From a virus (taxonomy: Duplodnaviria; Caudoviricetes): DNA of 51,648 bases. The position numbers and the translations under genes are program-made. The notes beneath the pieces were generated by a model. It was not told the origin of the DNA and did not search any database. It was given only the letters and a program-made list of their open reading frames with translations. This document shows positions 1 through 10,943 of the stretch, in pieces (the stretch's first letter is position 1; every line of letters begins with the position of its first letter). The stretch covers positions 1 to 51,648 of IMG/VR virus record IMGVR_UViG_3300030333_007728; one strand, 5' to 3'.

Positions 1-1212
1 TTGTACAGAATAGAGCAGTTAAGACTTACCGACGATACCGCAGCGAGATTAGCAGCCGAGGGAGCAAGATTGGGCAAAGAGGAAAGTGTTTCATTAGCAG
101 CTCAGGGAGCAAGAGCTGCTGCTCAACAATTTGGAGCCAAATCAGCAGCTGGATTTGCTGGCCAAACTGCAACACTAGGTTTTGGTACTATATTAGCAAA
201 CTATAACTCTAGTGCTGCGGAATTGAATAAGCTTCTTGGTGGCAAAAGTGGGGGATTTGGTGTTGATGCATTCTTGAAGAAAGGCGGGCTCGTGGGTTTT
301 GAAGGGATTAATGCACTAAATTTCGAAAGCGCCTTTGGTAATGAGGAGTTTATAAATGCCATGGCTAGGGCATTGGTTAAAACCGGAGGAAGCATAGGGG
401 ACCTTGCAAGAGGTAAAACCATGCCAGACCAGTTCGCTAGAGTGTTAGCTCAAGAGCTGCAGGCAGCAGGGTTAGCAACTGGCGCTACTGAAGGAAGACT
501 TGGGGATCTACTCGACCAAACTCTTTTTAGTAGTGACCCTAACAGTGTAGGAAATAGAGTAAATGCAATAAAGCAATTGCAGGATATGGCAGCTAATGAC
601 GACGCAAACGCTAGAGAGATTATCAAAAACTTAACCGAATCGATTAAGTTTGCTCGTCAAGAAGAGTTCTCAAATAAAGAGATAAAAAATCTACTACAAA
701 AAAGAGATGAAGTAGAGATGGACTTGCGAGAATCCGAGAGGCAAAACAATCTAAATACTTCAGATAACCTTAGAGGTATCCGAAGCTCCGCCGCTAGCTC
801 TATGGTGGAAAGTGGAGCTATTAAGAGTATGGATGATGCCTTTAAGGTGAATGAGAATATATTCACAGAAGCTAAAAAATCTATAACAACTCCATTTGTG
901 GCCGCCATAGATAAACTGAAAGATTCTCCTATAAAAGTAGAGATGGGAGAGCAGGTTGTAAAAGTACAAGGCGGAGAAGAGTTAAGGGATGCAGTTTCTC
1001 AGGCTGCAATGGCTGGGGCTCAAGCATCAGTCAATAAAGCGTTAGGAGAGATGGCTAATGTATTTACAAGCTTTACTAAGATGGTCGATATGGCGAAGGA
1101 AGGCCTTCCTGATAATGTAAGGCAAAAGATAGACACATACCAAGCAGTTGGGTCTAATATCTTAGCTAACCAGAGAGCATTCGAAGAAGCTAAAAAACGA
1201 GGCTTTAAGTAA
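1..1212 (+). CDS. Probable tail tape measure protein, C-terminal part (5' truncated)
   Basis: Open from the window start. Ala/Gly/Gln-rich, predicted alpha-helical, and immediately upstream of beta-rich tail genes, the usual tape-measure position. Confidence 0.6.
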   Translation: MYRIEQLRLTDDTAARLAAEGARLGKEESVSLAAQGARAAAQQFGAKSAAGFAGQTATLGFGTILANYNSSAAELNKLLGGKSGGFGVDAFLKKGGLVGFEGINALNFESAFGNEEFINAMARALVKTGGSIGDLARGKTMPDQFARVLAQELQAAGLATGATEGRLGDLLDQTLFSSDPNSVGNRVNAIKQLQDMAANDDANAREIIKNLTESIKFARQEEFSNKEIKNLLQKRDEVEMDLRESERQNNLNTSDNLRGIRSSAASSMVESGAIKSMDDAFKVNENIFTEAKKSITTPFVAAIDKLKDSPIKVEMGEQVVKVQGGEELRDAVSQAAMAGAQASVNKALGEMANVFTSFTKMVDMAKEGLPDNVRQKIDTYQAVGSNILANQRAFEEAKKRGFK

Positions 1213-1228
1213 TAAAAAAAATTGAATC

Positions 1229-4147
1229 GTGATTAATTTCCAAAACGCAACGTTGCTTTCTTACAGCCACCGAAACAACTTCGGGGGAGGAGAAATCTTT
1301 AGGGTTGGCTCTGTTAAAGAAATATCAGTTAGAGGCTTCATACAAGTCAAAGCTAAAAACGAAGATTTACAAGGCGTCAAAGAGGCTCAGCTAGAAATAC
1401 AAGACTTCATAGATGTAGCTAATGACTGGGAAGATATAACAATTAACGGACACAACTTTGGCAAAGGAAGAGTGACGTCTATAAATTTCGCTAGTAACGC
1501 TAGCACTTTTTTAGATAATATTAGATTTGCAGAGTTTCAAGCTACTATAGAAATCCCAACATCAACGAATGGTGACGCTCTGTATAACTTACGCGGTGAG
1601 ACATACAGAGGCGTGCTTTCTTCAATAGATAGAACTTCAAGTGCGCTCTCTGAGTTTGATGAGAGCTTTGACTTTAATATTGGAGAGGACAATACATATA
1701 GTTATGATCATAGCTTAACTGTAAATTTTATTAGCGGCGTTCAGCCAGAAATGATTGAAAGCGGGGCTAGATATGATTCTAACAAATACTACTTCCTAAA
1801 AAATCTAGAAAGCGATGAAAAGTATTTATTTACTCAAGGGGCTTCCGAGTCTCTTCGGAGGATAGACACATCTGCGAATATAATTACAAGCAATGGAGAA
1901 TTCACTCCCACCGATACTTCAGCAATAGACATTGCGGAGTCAAGCAGGCTAGGGAGTACCGCCTCAAGTTCCAGTTATAGTTCTTCATTCTTGCCTGCAA
2001 ATGCGATTGATTCTAGTAATGATACAGACTTTGTTGCTAAGACGAAAGGGTCTGGAGACGACAACTATCAGTGGTGGGAAATAGACTTGGGCTGTAACGT
2101 TCATGACTTAACCAAGATAGTCATCAGGAATAGAGGTTTTGCGGTAACGATAAACAATGCAAGTGGTTATTCCACTTTAGGTTCGCCTATAACTATGCAG
2201 GTAGACGCTTTATCTGCGGACATATCATCTGGCACTGCTATTTATTTTAGCGGAGGAGGTGTTTTTACTTTGAATAGTAACGCTAGTGCTGGAGCGACCT
2301 CTATTACAGGTAATTTAACAACAGCTAGCGTCGCTAATAATGAAAGCGGTAACACAGTAAGTGACGCAGTTAGGTTAATGCTTAATAACTTCAGAGTCAG
2401 TGTCTTTGAAGAAGGCTACACGAAAAGTCAAAACGTTACAGCTGCTGTTTTGGCTACGTCATACGCTAAATACTTAACTTATAGCAGCGACCACTACGCA
2501 ACTGATAACACTTTCCCAGACCCCACTTTAACAATAAGCTTGCCTGCTGGGGTTTTCGGTAGATATATAAGAGTACAGTGGTTGAGCATGGATAACACTG
2601 GAGGAGGAACAACTAGAACCTCTAACTCTGCTTTGGGTTTTTCAGAATTTCAGTTATATAGCAGTAGGTCTGTAGTTAAAGTATACAACGCTGCAGCTTC
2701 AACTAACGATCCGGTTGCTGCCTCTGTAAAACTCACTAAGGCAGACCCTATAACTCAATCTAAAAAGGCCGCAAGAAGAATTTTTGAAGCTAGACCCGCA
2801 TTAGGATTTATTGATGAAAAGTATTCTGGCTACTATCAAGTCACAGGTAAAAGCTTATTTTCAGAAACATATGATATGTCCAATCATACATGTTCCTTTA
2901 ATAAGAGCTTTACCACAAACAGGGAGACTGGGCAAAACTATTCAGTAACCCATAGTCATAGCTTATCGATTGGGGAAGACGGGATTACGACTATAACAGA
3001 AAATGGAAATGTAAAAGGTAGAACTGTTCCATTTTTCGCATCTGCTAGAACTGCGGCCGAAACAGAAATAGCAAATTCTTTCTCTAGAGTGACTGGGATG
3101 TTTTCTGGTTATTGCGCTGGATATAATAATAACGCGTACTTCTTGCCATATACTAGTGGATTAAATCATGGCCCTTCAGGATTTCATCAAGACATTTTTG
3201 ACAGGCCAACTGACATAACCAGAACATATAATAGCGGAGAGGGCTCAGTCAACTATGCTGTCACTTACTCTAACAACCCGGCTATTACAGGCGATTTCTT
3301 TATAGAGAGAAGCGTAAGCATAACCAAAGAAACGAATAATGATTTTTCAGTTCAAGAAGACGGGACAATAACCTCTTACAAGACTAAGAGAAAAACGCCA
3401 GAAAGCTTAAAGAATTTTTATACAAGCACGACTGCCAGTTCAAGGGAGAGGTGCCAAGCAGAGTTGAATAAATATAAGGTTGGAGGAATTGGGCAAGGCG
3501 TTGGGGACTACGCTGCCGCTAGCGTCTCGACATTAAATCTTGTTTCCAGCAATGTCAATATACAAGCTTATGGGAAAAGCTTAACATACTCAAAAGCTTT
3601 TACAGACAGTAAGGAAATATTAAGTAGTTCTGACCAGACAAGTAGTAATATGACTAGAATGTCTATTTCTTATTCTGACGCTTTGCCTATTTTTGTAAGT
3701 ACTGACTATAACATCCCTAACTTTACTCATGTCGTTAATCAAAAAGGCAACTTTACTTCAATAGGTAGAAGGACTGTATCTTGTAATGGATTCCTTAAAA
3801 GAATTAACAATAAGAACCTAATAGATATATCATACGATGCTACTGGTATTACTTCAGAAGATTTGCCTAATTATGAAGCGAACAACAGTAATAGTCTAAG
3901 CGTGATGATGGCTCTCAAATTCATGAGAGACAAGTGCAAAGAAAAAGCTAGAAGAGTTTGGGTGAACTATGGAATAAATCCAAATGATTTTTCCGAGATA
4001 TACGTTTCGGACGCTAGTTATTCTTTCGACTCAGTAGGTAACATTTCTCTAACTATGTCTTTCGATTACGCCTCTAAAAAGTCGCCGCAAGATCTAGCTT
4101 TCCGAGATGGTGGGCTAATTAATAAAGTTTTAAACGAGCCAAGCTAA
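1229..4147 (+). CDS. Tail/baseplate protein with an inserted F5/8-type C (F-type lectin/discoidin-like) domain
   Basis: 972 aa, Ser/Thr-rich. Motifs ANAIDS...WWEIDLG...IVIRNR...NNFRV...GRYIRVQ...SEFQLY (~1960-2660) are typical of discoidin/fucolectin folds. Follows the tape measure gene. Confidence 0.65.
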   Translation: MINFQNATLLSYSHRNNFGGGEIFRVGSVKEISVRGFIQVKAKNEDLQGVKEAQLEIQDFIDVANDWEDITINGHNFGKGRVTSINFASNASTFLDNIRFAEFQATIEIPTSTNGDALYNLRGETYRGVLSSIDRTSSALSEFDESFDFNIGEDNTYSYDHSLTVNFISGVQPEMIESGARYDSNKYYFLKNLESDEKYLFTQGASESLRRIDTSANIITSNGEFTPTDTSAIDIAESSRLGSTASSSSYSSSFLPANAIDSSNDTDFVAKTKGSGDDNYQWWEIDLGCNVHDLTKIVIRNRGFAVTINNASGYSTLGSPITMQVDALSADISSGTAIYFSGGGVFTLNSNASAGATSITGNLTTASVANNESGNTVSDAVRLMLNNFRVSVFEEGYTKSQNVTAAVLATSYAKYLTYSSDHYATDNTFPDPTLTISLPAGVFGRYIRVQWLSMDNTGGGTTRTSNSALGFSEFQLYSSRSVVKVYNAAASTNDPVAASVKLTKADPITQSKKAARRIFEARPALGFIDEKYSGYYQVTGKSLFSETYDMSNHTCSFNKSFTTNRETGQNYSVTHSHSLSIGEDGITTITENGNVKGRTVPFFASARTAAETEIANSFSRVTGMFSGYCAGYNNNAYFLPYTSGLNHGPSGFHQDIFDRPTDITRTYNSGEGSVNYAVTYSNNPAITGDFFIERSVSITKETNNDFSVQEDGTITSYKTKRKTPESLKNFYTSTTASSRERCQAELNKYKVGGIGQGVGDYAAASVSTLNLVSSNVNIQAYGKSLTYSKAFTDSKEILSSSDQTSSNMTRMSISYSDALPIFVSTDYNIPNFTHVVNQKGNFTSIGRRTVSCNGFLKRINNKNLIDISYDATGITSEDLPNYEANNSNSLSVMMALKFMRDKCKEKARRVWVNYGINPNDFSEIYVSDASYSFDSVGNISLTMSFDYASKKSPQDLAFRDGGLINKVLNEPS

Positions 4148-4148
4148 T

Positions 4149-6047
4149 ATGGATAATCCAGCAACATATGTTTCTTACGGAGATTTTGGTTTTAAAGGCG
4201 AAGGCTTTATAACGCCTTACGTCTCAAGAACTCAAACTCCGATATATTATGGAGTGAGATCTGGTCAAATAACTCAAATAGATTTGAACGGGCAGATTAC
4301 TGGCTCCAATTACGACGCTTTAATATCAGCTCAAACAAAATTGATTAGCGGGTTTTCTAAAGATTTCCAAAGTCTAAGTTTAAGAGATGGCTCTGCGCTG
4401 GTAGAAGGCTTTCCTATATCAAACTGTATAGTCGATAATATTAATTTTTCAGAGGGTCAATACAATCAGTTGCTAGATTATTCTATTACCCTAAGAGCTT
4501 ATGAAGCTAGTTTGTTTTCTGGAGTTTCAAAAGTATTGAGTCCAGTAAATTCGTTTGCCTTCTCAGAGACTAGTGAAGGTCAAAGATCAATAACTCATAC
4601 AATTTCAGCTCAGGGCATAAACACAAACGCAAGCGGAACGATTGAGGGAAATGCGCTAGATAACGCTAAGGATTTCGTTTTATCTTTGACTGGTTGGTCT
4701 AACCAAATAATGCCGGAGATGATCAGGAAGGGGGACTTCACTAAATACACTACAATTAGTCCGAGTCTGAAGAGTCAGTCTGAATCAGTAAATAGAATGA
4801 ATGGAACATTTTCTGTTACTGAGGATTGGGTCTTTGACGAGAATAATTCAGAAGACGCCGCCAGAACCGTAACTGTAGACATTCAGTCGGGCATAAATAC
4901 TGATTTCGTCACCGCAACTGTAAATGTAAACGTACAGGGTGATAAAAGAAAATCCATCACGGAAATAAGAAACAAAGTTCCAAGAAACAATGAGCTCTAT
5001 AAAATAGCAAAAGATAACTTTGAAGTTATGAGAGCTGATGCTTCAAGGCAATTAAACTCTCAGCCCTCATCGGTAAATGTAGATGAAGACGCCGAGTCAA
5101 AGACTATATCAGTTTCAGCAGTATTTTCTGATAACGATATTCACCCTTATGCAGTAATTGGTGCATCAAATGCTCCAGAGGGTCATCCTCATAAGAAGCA
5201 AGACTATGCTTATTTTGACTATTCTGTAGATTTAAACAGAGATGAAATATCTTCTGTCACGCAGGTCTCAATAAACGGAACAATACTTGGAATTGGAGGA
5301 GATCTAAAAAATAGATATGCGGCCGCTAACCAATTTCTTACAGGTTTAAATAAAAATTTGTACGCAACTGGAACTGGATCTAACGCTAACGTTTCTTTCT
5401 TTGGGTTGAGCGGGTTTCTTTACGAAAAAGCTAAAGGAGAATATGACAGCTTTTTTACTTCTTCAGATAACTATGGATTAAATCAGACTTTAAACAGTCT
5501 AACAATTTCTCCTAACGAGTTTAATGGGACAATATCAGTGACTGCGTCATTCGATGATACAGATAAATTCTTAGGAGAGCAGAAGTTATTTGACTCTGCT
5601 TCTTACTCTGTTTCTGTAAAGCCAGCTTTACCTGCGATTTCAGTAAAACCGATAGTAAAAACAAATGAAACTGAGCAGAAGTTCTTTGATTTAGGCTATA
5701 TGAAAAAGTCTCAAGTTGATTTATCTTGCTCATTTCAAGGAAGCAAAAACTCTTTTTTTGGTAAAGAAGATCTTGTGGCGGTAGCGAAGAATGACGCGTA
5801 TAATCTTAGAAGAGCTTTGAAAGAAAAATACGTAGACAATGAAGTTTTAGGTAAGCCAAACAGTGACGCTTCAGATTCGTCAGATTTTGTTAAGGTTGAG
5901 TCTGATAGTTTTGAATACGACCCTAACAACGGAAATGTTTCAATGTCGTCAAGCTATAGCTTCAATAGCCAAAAAAATTATTTCATGAAGAAGCCCAAAA
6001 AACTTGGCCCCAACGAAGACCCTCTAACTAATACTGGACTAGATTAA
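4149..6047 (+). CDS. Tail/baseplate structural protein, probable paralog of 1229..4147
   Basis: 632 aa. Similar beta-strand pattern (IDNINFS / FAFSE...ITHTISAQG / GNVSMSSSYSF versus VTSINFAS / FDFNI...YDHSLTVNF / GNISLTMSFDY). Starts 1 nt after the upstream stop codon. Confidence 0.55.
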   Translation: MDNPATYVSYGDFGFKGEGFITPYVSRTQTPIYYGVRSGQITQIDLNGQITGSNYDALISAQTKLISGFSKDFQSLSLRDGSALVEGFPISNCIVDNINFSEGQYNQLLDYSITLRAYEASLFSGVSKVLSPVNSFAFSETSEGQRSITHTISAQGINTNASGTIEGNALDNAKDFVLSLTGWSNQIMPEMIRKGDFTKYTTISPSLKSQSESVNRMNGTFSVTEDWVFDENNSEDAARTVTVDIQSGINTDFVTATVNVNVQGDKRKSITEIRNKVPRNNELYKIAKDNFEVMRADASRQLNSQPSSVNVDEDAESKTISVSAVFSDNDIHPYAVIGASNAPEGHPHKKQDYAYFDYSVDLNRDEISSVTQVSINGTILGIGGDLKNRYAAANQFLTGLNKNLYATGTGSNANVSFFGLSGFLYEKAKGEYDSFFTSSDNYGLNQTLNSLTISPNEFNGTISVTASFDDTDKFLGEQKLFDSASYSVSVKPALPAISVKPIVKTNETEQKFFDLGYMKKSQVDLSCSFQGSKNSFFGKEDLVAVAKNDAYNLRRALKEKYVDNEVLGKPNSDASDSSDFVKVESDSFEYDPNNGNVSMSSSYSFNSQKNYFMKKPKKLGPNEDPLTNTGLD

Positions 6048-6048
6048 G

Positions 6049-8256
6049 ATGATAATTGATAGGAATTTACTTTCTAAATACTGCAGTGGCACAAGTCTAA
6101 CCACTGGATCTGTGCTTGCTTACTATTCTTTCTCTGAAGTTGTCCCTAATCAAAATCATAAGATATTCAACTCTATCTATACTACTGGAGATAACTTCGC
6201 TTCGGGGCAGGCTTTGAATTTAAGTAAATACGCAGGAGTATCATTAGGACCCAGAAACAACCCTGTTAGTGGCCTTATAGTTGGAGCTGGTAGGAACCTC
6301 ATCACTGGCTCTGGTTATTTTGATGGAACTGATATAATCAAAATTGGAACTGGAGTCGGCGTTGACTCTTGGACCGCTTTTTTTAATTACTCAGGAGAAG
6401 GTCATTCTTTAGGGAAAGAAAAAGTGCTACTTTCTTCATCTGAGACTCCTTTAGGGACTTCTGGATTTTCCCTTGGAATATTTGATAATGGTTATGCTGC
6501 TTTAAAACATTATAACTCTTCAAACAGGAAGTCCGTGCAGCTTGCAAGCAAGTACGGTGGGCAAAATATAATATCATTATCCAGAAACAATGAAACTAAA
6601 ATATCAGTAATTGGACACCATAACACATACGAAGATCAACATACTTACAAATTATTTTCAGACGATCAGTATGTAAAGTCAGATCAGTGGTATATTGGCC
6701 ATCACAATGGAGTAGACAATTATGATAAAGCAGTACTTCATCAAGCTACTGGATTTAAAGGTTACATTGATGATTTTGTTTTATTTAGTGGCGCGTTATC
6801 AAACACGCAAAAAGAAAAGTTCTCTAATTTCTTTTCTCTTAGTAGCTACGAGCCCGCTAGGACTGGTATCATCTCAGGCTTTTACAGCGGGGTGACTGCG
6901 GCAAGCACTGTCCAAGGGGTTATTGGTACAGAATTTAGCGGCTATAGAATGGAAATGGTGCCAACAACTGACAGAGCTGGAAATACTATTGAGGTTTTAA
7001 AGCAAGTAGAAGTTTACAAAAACTTAAGCGGAGATATAGTAAATTACACTACAGGTGAGGTTTTCGTGAGTGTCACAGGGGTAGTATCTGGAGAGCAATT
7101 TAACCATTCGGAAGATCAAAGAAAGAGACAGGGCGTAAATTCAATAGTGTTCGAAAAAGGTAGTGGCATTTCAACGATAGTAGAGTATTATAGTCATAAT
7201 TCTGGGGTTGAGAATGTAAACCTAAACGTCAGACCAATAAATCCTACGTTAAATAGCGGCGCTGGATTTATTGTGGACTCTGATCAGATAGCGGACTCTT
7301 TTAATGTTTATGTGAGTGGTCTGTATAAATCTCCAGACGCTAAAAATATAATTCCAAGTAGCGCTTCTTTTTCTTCTTACACGAATGGAAGCGATGGATT
7401 TCAGACAGGGACATACACGTTCAATAATGTGATGACAGGCCAAAGTTATACTTTTGACCCAGTTGGCCTAAGGATAGCTAGCTACAGAGAAACAGCTCAT
7501 CCTCAGTCTTCAGTTGGAATTGGTCTTAGTGGGTCGGTTCATGGAAGTGACGTCGTAAATCAAACAGATCCAACAACAGTTGTTCCTAAACTTAACAATG
7601 TAATAATATTTCACAAAACACCAACTAGCGCGGCAGATAGATTTACTGATTTTCCTGTTAAATTAACTCCTGTCTATTCTCACGACTATAAAGTTCTGGG
7701 CTCCGGCGAGTTTCATCCAGTTAGCAGCTTTGGAACGGACGCTAATGAATTGGTTGTTGATTACACTGATGGGTCTGAGAACGTTTTATACCATAACTTT
7801 AATCATCATCAAAGTGGCAATAGTACACTTTTTGCCGGATCGGGCTATTTGAATAAAGATCTATATTTGGATGGAGTTAAGCTCTTTTCTGGAAGTGACT
7901 TTGATAAGTTCGATGGCAAACTCAGACTGAAGAAGTCTGTACCTGCGGCTGGTAATAAAAGCTTATTTTTTGTGCCTAGGCCAAATAGCCAATTTACTAT
8001 GGCGTCTGGCTCTCTTAACGCGGGGCTAGTAACAGTAGACACAAGCAAAAAACTTTTAGATGAAATGGTTTGGAGGCAGGGGAGACGAGAGAAGAAAGAA
8101 TTTGATTATGATACTTACTTGCAAGGAGGAAAGTTTGCACCAAATGGGGAAGTTTCCACATTAGCCACAACGGGAGTGTATCATATATTTAGTGGTCAAG
8201 CGGGAACTGGTTTTTTTAATACAAGACTTACGTCAGTACAAGATAATGCAGTATAA
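6049..8256 (+). CDS. Virion protein with an N-terminal LamG/concanavalin-A-like domain
   Basis: LAYYSF...GYFDGTD...WTAFF...WYIG...FKGYIDDFVLFSGALS is the LamG-3 signature. Lies in the tail module. Confidence 0.65.
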   Translation: MIIDRNLLSKYCSGTSLTTGSVLAYYSFSEVVPNQNHKIFNSIYTTGDNFASGQALNLSKYAGVSLGPRNNPVSGLIVGAGRNLITGSGYFDGTDIIKIGTGVGVDSWTAFFNYSGEGHSLGKEKVLLSSSETPLGTSGFSLGIFDNGYAALKHYNSSNRKSVQLASKYGGQNIISLSRNNETKISVIGHHNTYEDQHTYKLFSDDQYVKSDQWYIGHHNGVDNYDKAVLHQATGFKGYIDDFVLFSGALSNTQKEKFSNFFSLSSYEPARTGIISGFYSGVTAASTVQGVIGTEFSGYRMEMVPTTDRAGNTIEVLKQVEVYKNLSGDIVNYTTGEVFVSVTGVVSGEQFNHSEDQRKRQGVNSIVFEKGSGISTIVEYYSHNSGVENVNLNVRPINPTLNSGAGFIVDSDQIADSFNVYVSGLYKSPDAKNIIPSSASFSSYTNGSDGFQTGTYTFNNVMTGQSYTFDPVGLRIASYRETAHPQSSVGIGLSGSVHGSDVVNQTDPTTVVPKLNNVIIFHKTPTSAADRFTDFPVKLTPVYSHDYKVLGSGEFHPVSSFGTDANELVVDYTDGSENVLYHNFNHHQSGNSTLFAGSGYLNKDLYLDGVKLFSGSDFDKFDGKLRLKKSVPAAGNKSLFFVPRPNSQFTMASGSLNAGLVTVDTSKKLLDEMVWRQGRREKKEFDYDTYLQGGKFAPNGEVSTLATTGVYHIFSGQAGTGFFNTRLTSVQDNAV

Positions 8257-10943
8257 TGGCAACCTTTAACAAAATAGAAGAAATACAAGTTGGAGAAAAC
8301 TTCAAAGGTATAATCAATAGCGATAGCGTCGATTATAGTATAATTAGTGCTTCGTATAATCAGTCTTACTCTGAAGGCCCTTCAGATTTGTCTATGACGG
8401 TTATTTCTTCAGACTCTTCCATACAGATGAATGAGTACCTAGGATACTCTGAAGGAGGTTTGGTAAAAAAGGGAGGAAAGCAAGATGCTCCATTTTCTTT
8501 AAAAAATATGGAGACAATCTCCATAAAAAACGGAGAAACCCCTATATTTACTTTTTTTGGTTTTTTATCGTCATATAACGAAAGCATCTCGGCTGGCGAG
8601 CGCACTTACCAATTAGGTTTTTTGGATAGGTCTATTATATTAGACAAGATATTCGTTGGGCTAACCAACAGACATAAAAGAGTAGATAATTTAGTTGGCG
8701 GGGAAGCTGATGTAACATCTTTTTGCGGTAATGACGCTACAATAAAAACTAGAAAGTTAATATTTGGTTCAAAATTTGGAATCGGACCTAAGTTAAATAC
8801 AGCTAGAGTCGGGGCCGTAAGAGGAGAACAGTATTTATCATTTTCTTACATTCCGTACTTTCCTTACTCAAAAAATAACTCAGAGCCGTATGCCGGTGGG
8901 AAAATAATCGTAGGAGATGAACAATTTAGCGAGAACTTCTGCTCTGTTCCTGAGGTTGACTATACTTTTAAAGACTTGGTGGACGGTATGGCCTCAGCAA
9001 ATATAATAGTTACAGGTGACCTAGCTGGATTGATAAGGTCTGACGGAATTAGACGTCAGTATGCAGGGACATTGAGATCCGTACTAAGTAGATGGTGTGC
9101 AGATTACGGTTACTCTTTTGTGTGGGAAGATTCTTCTGGAAAAAAAGACTCTTTAGGAATTAGGGTTTTTGACATGAGGAAAGGCTTAGGGAACATTCGC
9201 GCTAAGAAAGAAAATTTCCTAGCTAAGGGAGTTCAAGATATAGAGTATTCAGAAGATAGAAAGTCTACCGAGTCTATTGGATTGGTTACTAGGTTAGTAA
9301 GGCCGCCTTCATTCACAGAAGGGGACATAAATTTTTCACGTAAAGTAAAATGCAATCCAGTAACTGTGCCGCCTCTTGGGCTTACTTCAGACCCAACAAT
9401 TAGACCTAAGGATAATGATTCTTTTTTGAAAAGTTGCATACTGGCTAAATACAGTAAAGACATTAGAACTTTATATTATATAAACAATGTATCTGAAGTC
9501 GAGGGTCTATTGAAGTGGGAGGCTTTGGGGTTATTTGTAATTAGAACTAACGCTTATTCTTTTGGAAGAGGTAGATACAGTATACTTAGGGCTTATTGGA
9601 TGGAAGACTTTGATGAGATAAATTCGGAGTGGGGAAGCGGAAAGTATGATACTTATTTAGTTTATTATAGTGAAGACATGGAAAATAGGCATATTGAGTG
9701 GGAGAAAGGAATAGCTGATAATTTCATGGGTAAATATTTCGTTTCTAATTCAAACACTTATGTTAATGATACTACTTCGTGCTCTGCGATTTTTGGAAGA
9801 AGAAGTAGACTGGCCGACAGCAATCCAGAGTTTATCGCGTTTCCTGATACGGAGATACCTCAAATACAAAACAATCCTTATGGCAAAATAATAGGAGGTG
9901 CTGTTACTGGTTCAAAATTCAAGAAGATAGTGGAGAGGCAATCTGCGCCTTGGGATGGAACTTTTGCTGCAGATGGAGAGACAGATCTCAAGTCGTTGAC
10001 GCCAAGGTTTATCCCTGTAACGCCAGAGGCATATGACGCTTTAGTAAAAGCAGGGGTCATTGAGGACACTGTAGGCGCTGATTTTGCAATAGGTGGTGCT
10101 AAATTTCAACTTGGATATCTGTTCGTTAGAAAAACTTCAGTATTAATAAATTCCTCTAATAACTACGTAAACTCAAAAGAAATACCAGATGCGGTTTTGA
10201 ATCCGGTGAACGATGATTCTGATACTTCAAAATGTACGCCTCAATGTTCTTTGGATGTCGGCGCGTATGTATGCGGCGAGTCTCCTACGGGATCAGGAAT
10301 GCAGCCCGCGGTAACAACAAATATGTCTTTTGGAATACAGATTACGGCGGGAGGAGTAAATTATGGGACTATAATAGCACCTGTTGGAACAAAGAAAAGT
10401 GTTCTTGGCGGGCTTGGCGCTTTAGACAAAGCGGCTGGGTTTAATAGAATAGAGACTATAAACTATAAAAACTTTTTAGCTCAAAGGCCAATCAAAAGAT
10501 TTAGAGAAAGCGTTTCTAGCAACTTACTGAAGTCAGCTTCAAATAACATAATAGAAGAAGACATGACTTCCTCAGTAGTGTTTACAGCAGACAACACTAA
10601 CAAAACTCTTAACGGAACAACCTACGTAATCAGAGATGGTGTTGCTAGTAATTTGGGCATATTGAATGCTGATGTAGATAGCTCGATAGACAATTATCAC
10701 AATAACGCGCTTTCAACCTTACAACCTTCTGAATTTAACTCTAGCAAGAGCCTCTCAGTAACTGTTCCCGGCTATCTGCTTGAGCCTTACAGTGTAGTAG
10801 ATGGAATATCGTCTTTTAATTTTTCTTTATCTGGCGATGGGTCGAGCACTAAGCTTACTTTTAGGTCCATGCCTCCCAAAAAGCCAGCGAAAGACACTTT
10901 AATAAGGGAAGTCAAAACTATAACAAGACACTATAGAAACTAA
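8256..10943 (+). CDS. Putative baseplate hub / central tail protein
   Basis: 895 aa. The GTLRSVLSRWCADYGYSFVWE motif and the C-terminal FSLSGDGSSTKLTF strand pattern resemble tail hub proteins. TAATG coupling on both sides. Confidence 0.5.
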   Translation: MATFNKIEEIQVGENFKGIINSDSVDYSIISASYNQSYSEGPSDLSMTVISSDSSIQMNEYLGYSEGGLVKKGGKQDAPFSLKNMETISIKNGETPIFTFFGFLSSYNESISAGERTYQLGFLDRSIILDKIFVGLTNRHKRVDNLVGGEADVTSFCGNDATIKTRKLIFGSKFGIGPKLNTARVGAVRGEQYLSFSYIPYFPYSKNNSEPYAGGKIIVGDEQFSENFCSVPEVDYTFKDLVDGMASANIIVTGDLAGLIRSDGIRRQYAGTLRSVLSRWCADYGYSFVWEDSSGKKDSLGIRVFDMRKGLGNIRAKKENFLAKGVQDIEYSEDRKSTESIGLVTRLVRPPSFTEGDINFSRKVKCNPVTVPPLGLTSDPTIRPKDNDSFLKSCILAKYSKDIRTLYYINNVSEVEGLLKWEALGLFVIRTNAYSFGRGRYSILRAYWMEDFDEINSEWGSGKYDTYLVYYSEDMENRHIEWEKGIADNFMGKYFVSNSNTYVNDTTSCSAIFGRRSRLADSNPEFIAFPDTEIPQIQNNPYGKIIGGAVTGSKFKKIVERQSAPWDGTFAADGETDLKSLTPRFIPVTPEAYDALVKAGVIEDTVGADFAIGGAKFQLGYLFVRKTSVLINSSNNYVNSKEIPDAVLNPVNDDSDTSKCTPQCSLDVGAYVCGESPTGSGMQPAVTTNMSFGIQITAGGVNYGTIIAPVGTKKSVLGGLGALDKAAGFNRIETINYKNFLAQRPIKRFRESVSSNLLKSASNNIIEEDMTSSVVFTADNTNKTLNGTTYVIRDGVASNLGILNADVDSSIDNYHNNALSTLQPSEFNSSKSLSVTVPGYLLEPYSVVDGISSFNFSLSGDGSSTKLTFRSMPPKKPAKDTLIREVKTITRHYRN

